From positions 128,001-192,000 of the forward strand of contig JBMOPW010000032.1 in the NCBI GenBank assembly GCA_049322915.1: a DNA stretch of 64,000 nt, written 5' to 3'. Positions 46,450 to 56,263 of the stretch are shown here, piece by piece. The position numbers and the translations under genes were made by a program. Origin of the DNA: Candidatus Zhuqueibacterota bacterium. Its GTDB lineage: Bacteria > Zhuqueibacterota > Zhuqueibacteria > Thermofontimicrobiales > Thermofontimicrobiaceae. The notes below the pieces were generated by a model, which did no database searches, was not told where the DNA came from, and was given only the letters and a program-made list of their open reading frames with translations. Within the stretch, counting starts at the first letter, position 1, and each line of letters begins with the position of its first letter.

Positions 46450-47295
46450 ATGAAAAATATCACCAAAATGGCTGCCGCCTTCGCACTGATTCTTTTATTT
46501 GTTCTTTCAGTGTCCTCTTTTGCACAAGAAAAAGAGATGACAATGGAAGAGTACAATGCTCAGATGGCAGAATGGGCAAAGAGAGAAGCAGATGCCAAAG
46601 CGGCTACAGTTCAGGTTAACGAAGAAATCGAAGCCCTGAAAAAACAGATCACCGAAGTAGATGGCGCCATCGTTGCAGAATGGCAAGAAATCTACACTCT
46701 GCTTGGTGTCGATGAAGCCGGCGTCAACGAGTACCGTTCCCAGTTAAACAGCCTTGAAAGTGAAATAGATGGATTGGCAAATCTTTCACCCGAAGAGCTG
46801 TACAAACGCCGCGCTGAGATCGATGCGCTGGAGCAAAAGCTGAACGGATTCAAACAGAGCAAAATCGCTTTGTTGAGTGAAATGCAAGATAAGCTTGCAA
46901 TGATTGAAGGGAAAATTGCCCAGTTGCGTGCCAGCCTTCCAAAAGCCGACTTTGATGAATACACCGTTATCAAAGGCGACTATCTCTGGAAAATCTCTGG
47001 TAAAGCCGATATCTATGGCGATCCCTATCAGTGGATGCGAATTTATACTTACAACAGAGAACAAATTAAAAATCCGGATCTGATTTATCCAGCTCAGATT
47101 TTCAAGATTCAGAGAAGCTGTGCCGATAACGAGTACCTCGTTGTAAAAGGTGACTGGTTGGCCAAAATCGCTGGCAAACCGGAAATCTACAATAACCCAA
47201 CTGCATGGACCAAGATTTTAGAAGCCAATAAAGATGTCATCACAGACAAGAATTTGATTTATCCCCATCAGGTTCTTATTCTGCCTGAAAAATAA
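46450..47295 (+). CDS. Exported coiled-coil protein with two C-terminal LysM domains
   Basis: Signal peptide ending SSFAQE; long coiled coil; YTVIKGDYLWKIS...NPDLIYPAQ and YLVVKGDWLAKIA...NLIYPHQVL. Confidence 0.9.
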   Translation: MKNITKMAAAFALILLFVLSVSSFAQEKEMTMEEYNAQMAEWAKREADAKAATVQVNEEIEALKKQITEVDGAIVAEWQEIYTLLGVDEAGVNEYRSQLNSLESEIDGLANLSPEELYKRRAEIDALEQKLNGFKQSKIALLSEMQDKLAMIEGKIAQLRASLPKADFDEYTVIKGDYLWKISGKADIYGDPYQWMRIYTYNREQIKNPDLIYPAQIFKIQRSCADNEYLVVKGDWLAKIAGKPEIYNNPTAWTKILEANKDVITDKNLIYPHQVLILPEK

Positions 47296-47524
47296 TCTGG
47301 CGGAAAATGGGCTTCAGCAGTTGCAGCATTAGTAATATGTACATTCATTTGAATAGATAACATTATTCAGGTATGAGAGAAAGCTCTTAGGGATTGGCGC
47401 ATGCCTTAACTGAGAGCTTTTTCTATTTATTTGAACGGTGAGAAAATTTAATTTTACGAAATGGAGTTCGATTAAAATTATCATTTCGAACATACGAAAA
47501 TCATGTTTTATTCCGATATAGCTT

Positions 47525-48493
47525 ATGGAAGTACAACGAAAAATAATGTTGCGCGGATTAGACCAGGTAAAGCTGTTTGGTTCGAATGACAAATATTTGA
47601 GAAAGATTGAGAGCAGCTTTCAGTCTAAAATAGTTGCGCGGGGCAGTGAAATTTACGTGGTCGGTGAAGCAGAAGAAGTCAAAGTCATTGAGCGCTTGAT
47701 CGCGGAGTTGATTCTGATTCTGGAAAAAAATGACCAGATTTCGGATAATGATTTTGCCACGGTTATGGAAGTATTGAATGCCGGCCAGTCCAAATTTGAA
47801 CCAGCGCACGATTTATCTTCGGTGATTCTTTATACCAAAGATGGCTATATTAAGCCGAAGACCGAAGGACAGAAATTATATTATCAATCGACATTGAAGA
47901 ATGATATTGTTTTTGCAATCGGGCCTGCCGGGACCGGAAAAACCTACCTGGCGGTTGCAATTGCGTTGGCGCATTTGCGCGATAAAGTAGTTGAACGAAT
48001 TGTGCTCTCCCGGCCAGCGGTGGAAGCTGGCGAAAGCCTCGGTTTTTTACCTGGCGATTTGCGGGAGAAAGTAGACCCCTATCTCAAACCCCTGTACGAT
48101 GCGCTTTATGATATGGTCATTCAGGTCAAACTTAAAAAATACATGGAAAATGGCACTATCGAAATTGTGCCATTGGCTTATATGCGGGGAAGAACGTTGA
48201 ACAATGCTTTCGTTATTTTGGATGAGGCGCAAAACACATTCCCCAATCAGATGAAAATGTTCCTCACTCGGTTGGGAACAAATTCGCGGGCGATTATTAC
48301 GGGCGATGTCACTCAAATCGATTTGCCAAATAAAAAGCAGTCGGGCCTGGTTCAGATTCAGGAAATTTTGCAAGGGATTGAAGGGATAGACTATGTCTAT
48401 CTATCGGATCGCGATGTGGTGAGACATCGTCTGGTCAGAGAAATAATAAAAGCGTATGAAAATTTTGACAATAGTCTTAATAACGATAAATGA
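47525..48493 (+). CDS. phoH: PhoH family ATPase
   Basis: GPAGTGKT, RPAVEAGESLGFLPGD, AYMRGRTL, DEAQN, VVRH. Confidence 0.95.
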   Translation: MEVQRKIMLRGLDQVKLFGSNDKYLRKIESSFQSKIVARGSEIYVVGEAEEVKVIERLIAELILILEKNDQISDNDFATVMEVLNAGQSKFEPAHDLSSVILYTKDGYIKPKTEGQKLYYQSTLKNDIVFAIGPAGTGKTYLAVAIALAHLRDKVVERIVLSRPAVEAGESLGFLPGDLREKVDPYLKPLYDALYDMVIQVKLKKYMENGTIEIVPLAYMRGRTLNNAFVILDEAQNTFPNQMKMFLTRLGTNSRAIITGDVTQIDLPNKKQSGLVQIQEILQGIEGIDYVYLSDRDVVRHRLVREIIKAYENFDNSLNNDK

Positions 48494-48509
48494 GCAGTTG
48501 AGATAAATT

Positions 48510-50825
48510 TTGCTGGAGAAAAGTGAGTTGAATAATTTTTTTAAGAAAGCACAAGGAGCATTGAAACCACAGCAAAACGGAAAAATAGCCAAGCCCGGCA
48601 ACGGGAAAAAGGTATCGTTTGTGAAGCAGTATGTGTGGGCATTGATCATTTTAGGTATAGTAATTTTTTTAATATCGCTCATGTTGCCGAGAGGAAGATC
48701 TTACACCTACAGTGATCTCAAAGAAGGCGAAGTCTATGTCGGTGAAGAAATCCTGGCCCCTTTCACTTTTGCAATTAATAAAAGTGAAGAAGAATATAAT
48801 CGCGACAGAAAGCGGGCTGAACAGGCAATACTCTCTGTATTCACGGAATCGGATAGCATTCGTTTAACACAGTTTTCAAGATTGGAAGCGTTTTTTGACT
48901 CATTGAAGATGATCAGAAGAAGTATAAGTGAAGCTACGCAGCAGCAAGAAATAACTGAATTGCTTCAGATCAATGCCATTATTGCTGATGAGTCTCTTTT
49001 GCAATTACTAACTACCAGTACGGATAAGCAAATCGACAATCTGGAAAAAAAGCTCAATCGCGTCGCCAAAGATTTTTACACCATGGGTATACTGGATATC
49101 CAAAAGGACTTGATTAACAAGGTGGATAATAAAATTCTGATCATTACTGAAAACGAAGAGATCATCGAAGAGGTAACTCAGTTCTATGACTCAAAAGAAC
49201 TTTCAGAAGCAGTACTGCAAAAAATTCAGACCGGTATGCAATTTGAAGAAATTGGGACGAAAGCTGGCTATCAGATCCTCTCGAGTTTTTTAAAACCGAA
49301 TATTTTATACAACGCCATTGAGACAAATAAGAAAATCGCCGAGGGCGTTAAAAATGTGCCGCTGGCGAAAGGTACGGTGCTAAAAAACGAGCGGATCCTC
49401 GACCGCTATGAGCGCGTGACTAAAGACCATATTGCGAAACTCAGTTCTCTCGCTCAGGAGTTAGTCGAACGTGAGGCCGGGCAGAACAGCCTGATGCTCA
49501 TCGTTCGTTTCTTTGGCAAATTTTTGATGATAGCACTGATGCTATCAATTTTCATTCTATTCCTTGTTTTCAACCGATTGTCAATTGTGAAAGATATAAA
49601 ACGGATCATTTTAATTGCTGTGATTTTTTTACTGGTCACGTTTTTAGCTTACTCGATCAACAATCTGGAACTCTCGCCTTATCTCATCCCCATCACCATC
49701 GGAACCATGTTACTGACAATTTTCTTCGATACGCGCGTCGGGTTTGTTGGCACCATCGTGCTGGGAATTCTCATTGGCTGCCTGAGAGGCAATGAGTTCA
49801 ATATTGCTGTTATCTCCATTGTTGCCGGTACTGTATCTGTGCTGGCTGTGAGCCGTATTAAAAATAGACACTGGTTGGTGAACTCCATATTTTTGAACAT
49901 TGCGTCGTACATTATTTCCATCACAATTATGGAAGTATTACGCTATACACCGTTCACGATGATCATCAAATCATGGGGATTTGGTGCAATGAACGGTCTT
50001 CTCTCCCCGCTGTTAGTGTACGGGCTCCTGGTAATTTTTGAATACTTCTTCGATATTGTCACAGACATGCGGTTGCTCGAACTGTCCGATTTGAACAGCC
50101 CGTTACTTCGCCAGTTAGCCATCGAAGCCCCGGGCACCTATCATCACAGTTTGATGGTTGGGAATCTTGCCGAAGCCGCAGCAGAAGCAATCGGCGCCAA
50201 TTCGCTATTGGCGCGGGTCGGTGCATATTATCACGACATTGGAAAAATGGAAAAACGGGAATATTTTATTGAGAATCAAATGCGAATGAAAAATCCGCAC
50301 GAGAAATTGTCCCCGTCGATGAGCTGCCTGATCCTCATTAATCATGTGAAGAAGGGATTGGAGATTGCCAAGAAGTATAAGCTCCCTAAAGAAATACGGG
50401 ATTTTATTGGGGAACACCACGGCACGAATTTAATATCATACTTTTATAATAAAGCGATGGAAAAGAATATCGGCGAGGAAATTGATGAATCGAGTTTCCG
50501 CTATCCGGGTCCGCGACCGCACACGAAAGAAACCGGCATTGTGATGTTGGCCGATACCGTCGAAGCCGCGGCTCGAACGCTGAAAGATCCGTCCGCCGGA
50601 AGAATTCGAGGCATGATCACCACGATTGTGCACGATCGTTTCGAGGACTCTGAACTTGACGAATGTCCTTTGACCATGCGTGATCTCAATAAAATTATCG
50701 ATAGCTTCGACACGATTTTGTTAGGTCGTTTTCACACGCGGATTGAATACCCGGAACGAAACGATAAACCGGGCGCGTCAAAAGAACGAAAGCTGAAAGA
50801 TAAAAATGCCGAAATACAAAATTAA
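48510..50825 (+). CDS. 7TM-HD phosphohydrolase (PgpH-like cyclic-di-AMP phosphodiesterase family)
   Basis: Extracytoplasmic domain, 7 TM helices, APGTYHHS, YYHDIGK, EHHGT, FRYPGPRP, MLAD; start uncertain. Confidence 0.88.
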   Translation: MLEKSELNNFFKKAQGALKPQQNGKIAKPGNGKKVSFVKQYVWALIILGIVIFLISLMLPRGRSYTYSDLKEGEVYVGEEILAPFTFAINKSEEEYNRDRKRAEQAILSVFTESDSIRLTQFSRLEAFFDSLKMIRRSISEATQQQEITELLQINAIIADESLLQLLTTSTDKQIDNLEKKLNRVAKDFYTMGILDIQKDLINKVDNKILIITENEEIIEEVTQFYDSKELSEAVLQKIQTGMQFEEIGTKAGYQILSSFLKPNILYNAIETNKKIAEGVKNVPLAKGTVLKNERILDRYERVTKDHIAKLSSLAQELVEREAGQNSLMLIVRFFGKFLMIALMLSIFILFLVFNRLSIVKDIKRIILIAVIFLLVTFLAYSINNLELSPYLIPITIGTMLLTIFFDTRVGFVGTIVLGILIGCLRGNEFNIAVISIVAGTVSVLAVSRIKNRHWLVNSIFLNIASYIISITIMEVLRYTPFTMIIKSWGFGAMNGLLSPLLVYGLLVIFEYFFDIVTDMRLLELSDLNSPLLRQLAIEAPGTYHHSLMVGNLAEAAAEAIGANSLLARVGAYYHDIGKMEKREYFIENQMRMKNPHEKLSPSMSCLILINHVKKGLEIAKKYKLPKEIRDFIGEHHGTNLISYFYNKAMEKNIGEEIDESSFRYPGPRPHTKETGIVMLADTVEAAARTLKDPSAGRIRGMITTIVHDRFEDSELDECPLTMRDLNKIIDSFDTILLGRFHTRIEYPERNDKPGASKERKLKDKNAEIQN

Positions 50826-51237
50826 AGTTGAAGACATTTATTCCCAATGCCCGGCCGAAAAGAAAATTCTCAAGAAAATTGCAGAACATGTGTTGTCAGA
50901 AGAACGGGTGATGCTAGCGGATATAAATATCGTTCTGGTGGATGATGCCTTCATCATCAATCTCAATAAGCAGTATCTGAACAAGACAACAACCACAGAT
51001 GTGATCAGTTTCAATTTCGAAGAGCCCCCGGATCTTCAGAATCTGGATGGTGAAGTGTACGCCAATGTCGAGCAAATTCGACGGCAGGCTGAAGAGTATG
51101 AGGTGACGGAAGCGGAGGAGCTTCATCGCATTGTCATTCACGGATTGCTTCATCTCATCGGATATAATGATGCCAGCCCGGTCGACAAAAATGCCATGAC
51201 GGAGAAGGAAAATTTTTATCTATCTCCGATACAATGA
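50806..51237 (+). CDS. ybeY: rRNA maturation endoribonuclease YbeY
   Basis: LNKQYL...TDVISF, HGLLHLIGY; standard phoH-HD-ybeY-corC synteny. Confidence 0.92.
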   Translation: MPKYKIKVEDIYSQCPAEKKILKKIAEHVLSEERVMLADINIVLVDDAFIINLNKQYLNKTTTTDVISFNFEEPPDLQNLDGEVYANVEQIRRQAEEYEVTEAEELHRIVIHGLLHLIGYNDASPVDKNAMTEKENFYLSPIQ

Positions 51238-51264
51238 ACATAATTTTAGGAGGTTTTTTCCCTT

Positions 51265-52575
51265 TTGGATAGCCAGTCATTTTTTCAATTGGTGCTATTT
51301 TTTATTTTAGTCTTGCTGTCTGCTTTCTTCTCCGGCAGTGAAGCCGCTTTTTTTTCGTTGTCAAAGGAGATGGTCGAGAGGCTGCGTGAAAGCAGATCCA
51401 AACATGCAACGAGAATCGTTCAGTTACTGGAAAAGCCGCGCTTTTTGCTAATCTCAATCCTGGTCGGCAACACAATCGTCAATGTCGCTGCAGCATCGGT
51501 CGCGGCATTATTTACCAGTGATTTGAGCAGCCGATACCACTTTTCAGAAGATGTGGCCATTTTTGTGGAAGTAATTGTCGTCACCACCGTTCTGATAATT
51601 TTTGCTGAATTGACCCCGAAAATATTTGCAGTCAAAAATGCCTACAAATTTGCTGCTACCATTGCTATCCCTTTAAGGATCATCACAATTATATTGTTTC
51701 CTATCTCTGCTATTTTGAACAATTTTCCGAAGCTCATCTCCGGCCTTGTCGCGACCCGGGTGAGAAAACATCTGTTGTCCAAAGATGAATTAAAAACGTT
51801 GCTGGAAGTGAGTGAGGAAAAAGGCGCGCTCGAAGAAGATGAAAAAGAGATGATTCATTCCATTCTGGAATTTTCTGAGACGACAGTGCGTGAAATTATG
51901 GTGCCTCGCATCGATATGATTCGCGTGGAAAAGAGAGCGTCTCTCGAAATACTCATTGAAACGATCAAGAAAGAGGGACATACCCGCCTTCCGCTGTACG
52001 ACCAGAAAATCGATAATATATTGGGGATAATTCACGCCAAGGACTTGCTGCCTTTTATTGGTGATAATTCTAAAAAGTTTGATCTTGAATCGCTGGCGCG
52101 GCCTGCCATGTTCGTCCCGGAAAGCAAACTGATCGGTGAATTGCTCAAGGATTTTCAGATCGAAAAGCAGCACATGGCAATTGTGGTGGATGAGTATGGC
52201 GGCACAGCCGGCCTCATCACTCTGGAAGACGTCATCGAAGAGATCGTCGGGGAGATACAGGATGAATACGACTCCGAATCGCCGCTCATCAGGAAGATTG
52301 ATGAAAAAACCTATCTCGTCGACGCCAAAATTGATCTGGATGTATTGAATGATGAGCTGGATATCCATCTGCCCGAAGATGCCAGCTATGAAAGTCTGGG
52401 CGGATTCATCCTGGACTTGATTGGCGCGGTGCCTCACAAGAAACAGGAGATAAGCTATTCCGGCTGCCGGTTTATTATTGAAAAAATCGAGCGCAATAGA
52501 ATCGTTCAGGTAATGCTCATTCGGGAACACAGCAGCAACAATAGCCAATCCGATTTTGAACCAGAGGAAAACTGA
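51265..52575 (+). CDS. CNNM/CorC (hemolysin-like, GldE-like) CBS-domain membrane protein
   Basis: SAFFSGSEAAFFSL, ILVGN, ELTPK, VREIMVPR, VVDEYGGTAGLITLEDVIEEIVGEI. Confidence 0.9.
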   Translation: MDSQSFFQLVLFFILVLLSAFFSGSEAAFFSLSKEMVERLRESRSKHATRIVQLLEKPRFLLISILVGNTIVNVAAASVAALFTSDLSSRYHFSEDVAIFVEVIVVTTVLIIFAELTPKIFAVKNAYKFAATIAIPLRIITIILFPISAILNNFPKLISGLVATRVRKHLLSKDELKTLLEVSEEKGALEEDEKEMIHSILEFSETTVREIMVPRIDMIRVEKRASLEILIETIKKEGHTRLPLYDQKIDNILGIIHAKDLLPFIGDNSKKFDLESLARPAMFVPESKLIGELLKDFQIEKQHMAIVVDEYGGTAGLITLEDVIEEIVGEIQDEYDSESPLIRKIDEKTYLVDAKIDLDVLNDELDIHLPEDASYESLGGFILDLIGAVPHKKQEISYSGCRFIIEKIERNRIVQVMLIREHSSNNSQSDFEPEEN

Positions 52576-52651
52576 GCCCGGACTTCTTTCTGCGAAACGA
52601 ACTGGCGGTGATGTCACTTCAATAAAACAGGCCTGGTTTCACGATTAAAAG

Positions 52652-52718
52652 ATGGATTCCCTTTCAGCAGGCAAGCGAAATGCAGGATGCCCCTGGTGAA
52701 GTGGAGTCCATTTTTTTT
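52652..52718 (+). terminator. Probable terminator
   Basis: atggattcc...ggagtccat followed by T-run. Confidence 0.55.
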
Positions 52719-52760
52719 ATCCTGTAAGAATCGGAGATCTGTTATTGTCAGAAAAAAATC

Positions 52761-52789
52761 TTGACAAAGTAAATAAAATTTATTAATAT
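52761..52789 (+). promoter_or_regulatory. Sigma70-type promoter
   Basis: TTGACA-17-TAATAT. Confidence 0.6.
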
Positions 52790-52850
52790 ATGGGCGATTA
52801 AAATTAATAAAAAATCCGTTTACCATGTTGAATGTTTTGGGGAGGTTGTT

Positions 52851-54038
52851 ATGCAGAAGATGTATTTCGATGCGCGGGACATTTTTCGCTCGACACGGAT
52901 TGCACTGAGTTTGCAGAGAATCTGGCTGCAATTCGTTGGATTGGCTATTGGCTATCTGGGCTACCTCATGCTCACCTATATTAGCTTCATGACTGCTGGA
53001 TTGGAACTTGTCGGCGTGTGGAAAAAACATGGTTTACTGCCGTGTATTTTTTCAGAGCCCCATACCTGGATCGCGACGATGGTCTACAGCATCGGTGTGC
53101 TATGGCTGCTGGTGGTCTATTTAATCGCCACGACGGCTGTTGCCAGGGCGACGTACATGACTTCGAAGGGCAATCATTTTTACACATGGAGAGATGCTTT
53201 AAAATTTTCATTCAGGAAGATCAGTTCCATTATCCTTTCGCCGATGGCCATTTTGATTTTAATCGGATTATTCGTTTCAGGCGGCGCTGTCGTTGGATGG
53301 TTGGGAAAAATACCGTTCATCGGAGAATTTGGAATCACCATTTTTACGTTGTTTTGGTTCATCGCTTCTTTGCTCATTGTATTTTTTGGCATTGTGCTGA
53401 TTGTGGCGCTGATTCAGGCGCCGGCGATTTTGGCAACCACCGATGACGACGCATTCGAAGTTGTGTTTCAGTCGTTCTCCCTTGTCTGGGCTCAGCCCTG
53501 GCGTCTGATTCTATACGAAGCGATTTCGGCTGTCATGGCAGTGGTGGGTTTTGTCGTTCTGGCTACTATTTCAAAAAATGCCTACATCGTGATGGACAGA
53601 ATATTCAGCAATACCATGGGCGAAGATTTCATCAATATCTCCGCGCAGGGAATGTACATTCTTTCAGTATGGCTCACCCACTCTATGAACTGGGTTCACT
53701 CCGCGTTTCACGATATTTCCGATATGTTCTATTTCAGCCGTGAATATGATCCGCTGCAATTAGCGATTGGTTATCATTATGCGGCCTCTTACATTTTTGC
53801 CCTGTGGATGCTGTTCATTGGCGGTTTGATTCTCTCCTACGGAATCGCGTCGTTCAATGTGGGCAATACGCTCACCTATCTGGTGCTGCGAAAGAAGAAG
53901 GACGATGAGAATCTCCTTGAGCGCAAAGATAAAGAGGAGGAAGAAGACGAGGAGGAAGAATCTTCGGAAGAGAAGAAAGAGGGCAATGCCGACGAGTCAA
54001 AGGGTACGACCGAAGACGAAGAAAAAGAAGAAGCGTGA
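52851..54038 (+). CDS. Hypothetical polytopic membrane protein with acidic C-terminal tail
   Basis: About 6 hydrophobic segments; tail KEEEEDEEEESSEE...; GGAGG RBS. Confidence 0.75.
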   Translation: MQKMYFDARDIFRSTRIALSLQRIWLQFVGLAIGYLGYLMLTYISFMTAGLELVGVWKKHGLLPCIFSEPHTWIATMVYSIGVLWLLVVYLIATTAVARATYMTSKGNHFYTWRDALKFSFRKISSIILSPMAILILIGLFVSGGAVVGWLGKIPFIGEFGITIFTLFWFIASLLIVFFGIVLIVALIQAPAILATTDDDAFEVVFQSFSLVWAQPWRLILYEAISAVMAVVGFVVLATISKNAYIVMDRIFSNTMGEDFINISAQGMYILSVWLTHSMNWVHSAFHDISDMFYFSREYDPLQLAIGYHYAASYIFALWMLFIGGLILSYGIASFNVGNTLTYLVLRKKKDDENLLERKDKEEEEDEEEESSEEKKEGNADESKGTTEDEEKEEA

Positions 54039-54124
54039 TAATGCTAAAATACTGTGTGGATGAAACGCGCCGAGAGGCCACCTGTGCGCTACCCAAATTT
54101 TTATAAGATGAATTTCTGATGAAT

Positions 54125-54163
54125 ACCATCCGTGATATGACCCACGGATGGTTTTTTATTTTT
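54125..54163 (+). terminator. Rho-independent terminator
   Basis: accatccgtg-atatgacc-cacggatggt followed by T-run. Confidence 0.8.
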
Positions 54164-54270
54164 GAGAGCTATCTACGGATTTAGGCCGGTTCCAGCAACG
54201 ACTTTCTGGGCTTGTAGCTACCAAAATGAGACGATAGTTTAGCGGGTATTTCATGAGTTAACTCGAAGGG

Positions 54271-55311
54271 ATGAAAAATATGGCTATAAATCAGTTACGG
54301 AAAGATCCCATCTCCGGGCGATGGACGATTGTTCTGAAAGATGAATTTCAATTAGAAAAGTTAATAATAAATACGAAGACTAAATTTGAGGAGCCTAAAG
54401 TTGGCGTTTGTCCCTTCTGCGAGACGAAAGAACACCTGACGCCTCCGGAAATAATGGCGCTTCGCCGCGAGGGGTATCCCCAGAACGGACAGGGCTGGCG
54501 CGTTCGCGTGATACCGGATAAGAATCCGGTGCTCCAGATTTACGGCGATATCAACAACAGGGGAGTTGGTCTCTACGATGTGCTGGATGGAATTGGCGCG
54601 CATGAAATTGTCATTGAAACGCCGCGGCACGATGAATCGTTGGCGGATCTGGCGCCGGAGCAGATTTCGGAAGTACTCTGGACCTACAAGGAACGCATTC
54701 TTGATTTGAAAGAAGATGAGCGGCTACGCTACATCATGGTACATAAAAATTCCGGCGAGGCGGTGGGCGAGACAGCCGAACACTCATATTCATTTATCAT
54801 TGGCTCTCCGGTGACGCCCAAACGGGTGAAAGATGAATTGGTGAATTCCCGCGAATACTTCCAGTACAAGGAGCGCTGCGTTTTTTGCGACGTCATCCGG
54901 CAGGAGAAATTGATGGAGGAGCGAATCGTTGTGGACGATGGCAATTATCTTGCCTTCACTCCCTTTGCCTCGCGCCGGCCCTTCGAAGTGTGGATTGCCC
55001 CGCAACGGCATCAGACATTTTTCGAACAGGAAGCTGATATCCATGGGCTGGCGGTTATTTTGAAGTCGGTGTTGGGCAGGCTCTTTAAACTCCTGAATAA
55101 ACCGGCCTATACCATGGTGGTTCATTCCGGACCAAACATCAAAGCCGGTCGGAAGCGGGGCTTCTGGACGACGCTGGAGAAAGATTATCACTGGCACATT
55201 GAAATTACGCCGCGACTCCGAAGCTACACAAGTTTTGAGGTGAGCGCTGGCTTCCCGGTAAATTCAGTGATACCGTTCCGGGCCGCCGAGTTGCTGAGAG
55301 GGGTTGAATAA
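54271..55311 (+). CDS. Galactose-1-phosphate uridylyltransferase family protein with a variant active site
   Basis: LRKDPISGRW, CPFC, GAHEIVIETP, ERCVFCD, YHWHIEI; HxHxQ motif reads HSYSF. Confidence 0.85.
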   Translation: MKNMAINQLRKDPISGRWTIVLKDEFQLEKLIINTKTKFEEPKVGVCPFCETKEHLTPPEIMALRREGYPQNGQGWRVRVIPDKNPVLQIYGDINNRGVGLYDVLDGIGAHEIVIETPRHDESLADLAPEQISEVLWTYKERILDLKEDERLRYIMVHKNSGEAVGETAEHSYSFIIGSPVTPKRVKDELVNSREYFQYKERCVFCDVIRQEKLMEERIVVDDGNYLAFTPFASRRPFEVWIAPQRHQTFFEQEADIHGLAVILKSVLGRLFKLLNKPAYTMVVHSGPNIKAGRKRGFWTTLEKDYHWHIEITPRLRSYTSFEVSAGFPVNSVIPFRAAELLRGVE

Positions 55312-55323
55312 TTCTCTGTTGCT

Positions 55324-56244
55324 ATGGCTTATTTTCAGCTCGAAAAAATGCCGTCCTGTCTGGCGCTGTATCAATCCGGCGAACTGTACCTGCGCATACA
55401 GCGGCTGCACGATATGTTAAAACAATGCAGCCTCTGTCCCCGTCGCTGCGGCGTTGATCGGACTGCCGGCGAAATTGGCGTCTGCAACGCCGGCGCCACA
55501 TTGAAAGTATCCAGCGCTTTTCCCCACTTTGGCGAAGAACGCCCGCTGGTTGGCAGGCGCGGTTCCGGCACGATCTTTTTCAGCCATTGCAACCTGCGCT
55601 GTAGTTTTTGCCAGAATTATGACATCAGCCACCACGGCGCCGGCGATGAAGTGAGTCCGGCGCAATTGTCCGGAATGATGATGTCGCTTCAGAACGCCGG
55701 ATGTCTGAATATCAATTTTGTCACGCCCACCCATTTTGTTCCGTACATTGTAGCAGCGCTGCCGCAGGCGATTCAGGATGGCCTGAAAATTCCCCTCGTC
55801 TATAATTGCAGCGGATATGAATCTCTGGAAGTGATCGAACTGCTCGATGGGATCATTGATATTTACATGCCGGATGCGAAATTTTCCAGCGTGGAGCATG
55901 CAACGCGATTCGCCTGTGCTGGTGATTACTTTTCAGTGTTGAAGCCAGTCCTCAAGGAAATGCATCGCCAGGTGGGCTCGCTCAAAACGACAGAACATGG
56001 GGACGCCTATCGCGGGCTGCTCATTCGGCATCTGGTAATGCCGAATGATACGGCTGGCTCGCGGGAGATTTTGAGATTCATTGCTACTGAACTCGGTGCG
56101 GACAGCTATGTGAATATCATGAATCAATACCGTCCCTGCTTTCACGCCACAGCTGACTCGCTGATCAACCGACCCATTACCTCATGGGAATATCAATCAG
56201 CCATTGAATTGGCAAAAGAATTTGGCCTCAATCGGGGCTTTTAA
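55324..56244 (+). CDS. Radical SAM protein, PflX-like
   Basis: CSLCPRRCGVDR, HFGEE, GSGTIFF, CNLRCSFCQN, IYMPD, LIRHLVMP, QYRP. Confidence 0.9.
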   Translation: MAYFQLEKMPSCLALYQSGELYLRIQRLHDMLKQCSLCPRRCGVDRTAGEIGVCNAGATLKVSSAFPHFGEERPLVGRRGSGTIFFSHCNLRCSFCQNYDISHHGAGDEVSPAQLSGMMMSLQNAGCLNINFVTPTHFVPYIVAALPQAIQDGLKIPLVYNCSGYESLEVIELLDGIIDIYMPDAKFSSVEHATRFACAGDYFSVLKPVLKEMHRQVGSLKTTEHGDAYRGLLIRHLVMPNDTAGSREILRFIATELGADSYVNIMNQYRPCFHATADSLINRPITSWEYQSAIELAKEFGLNRGF

Positions 56245-56263
56245 GAATGGAAGGAGTACCGCT

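Noticed and set aside
51138..51172. YbeY third metal ligand reads GYND rather than GYDH
   Set aside because: Asp-type variants are common in FCB-group YbeY proteins, so this is not evidence of inactivation
53930..54035. Purine-rich gaa/gag tract
   Set aside because: Encodes the acidic tail of the membrane protein
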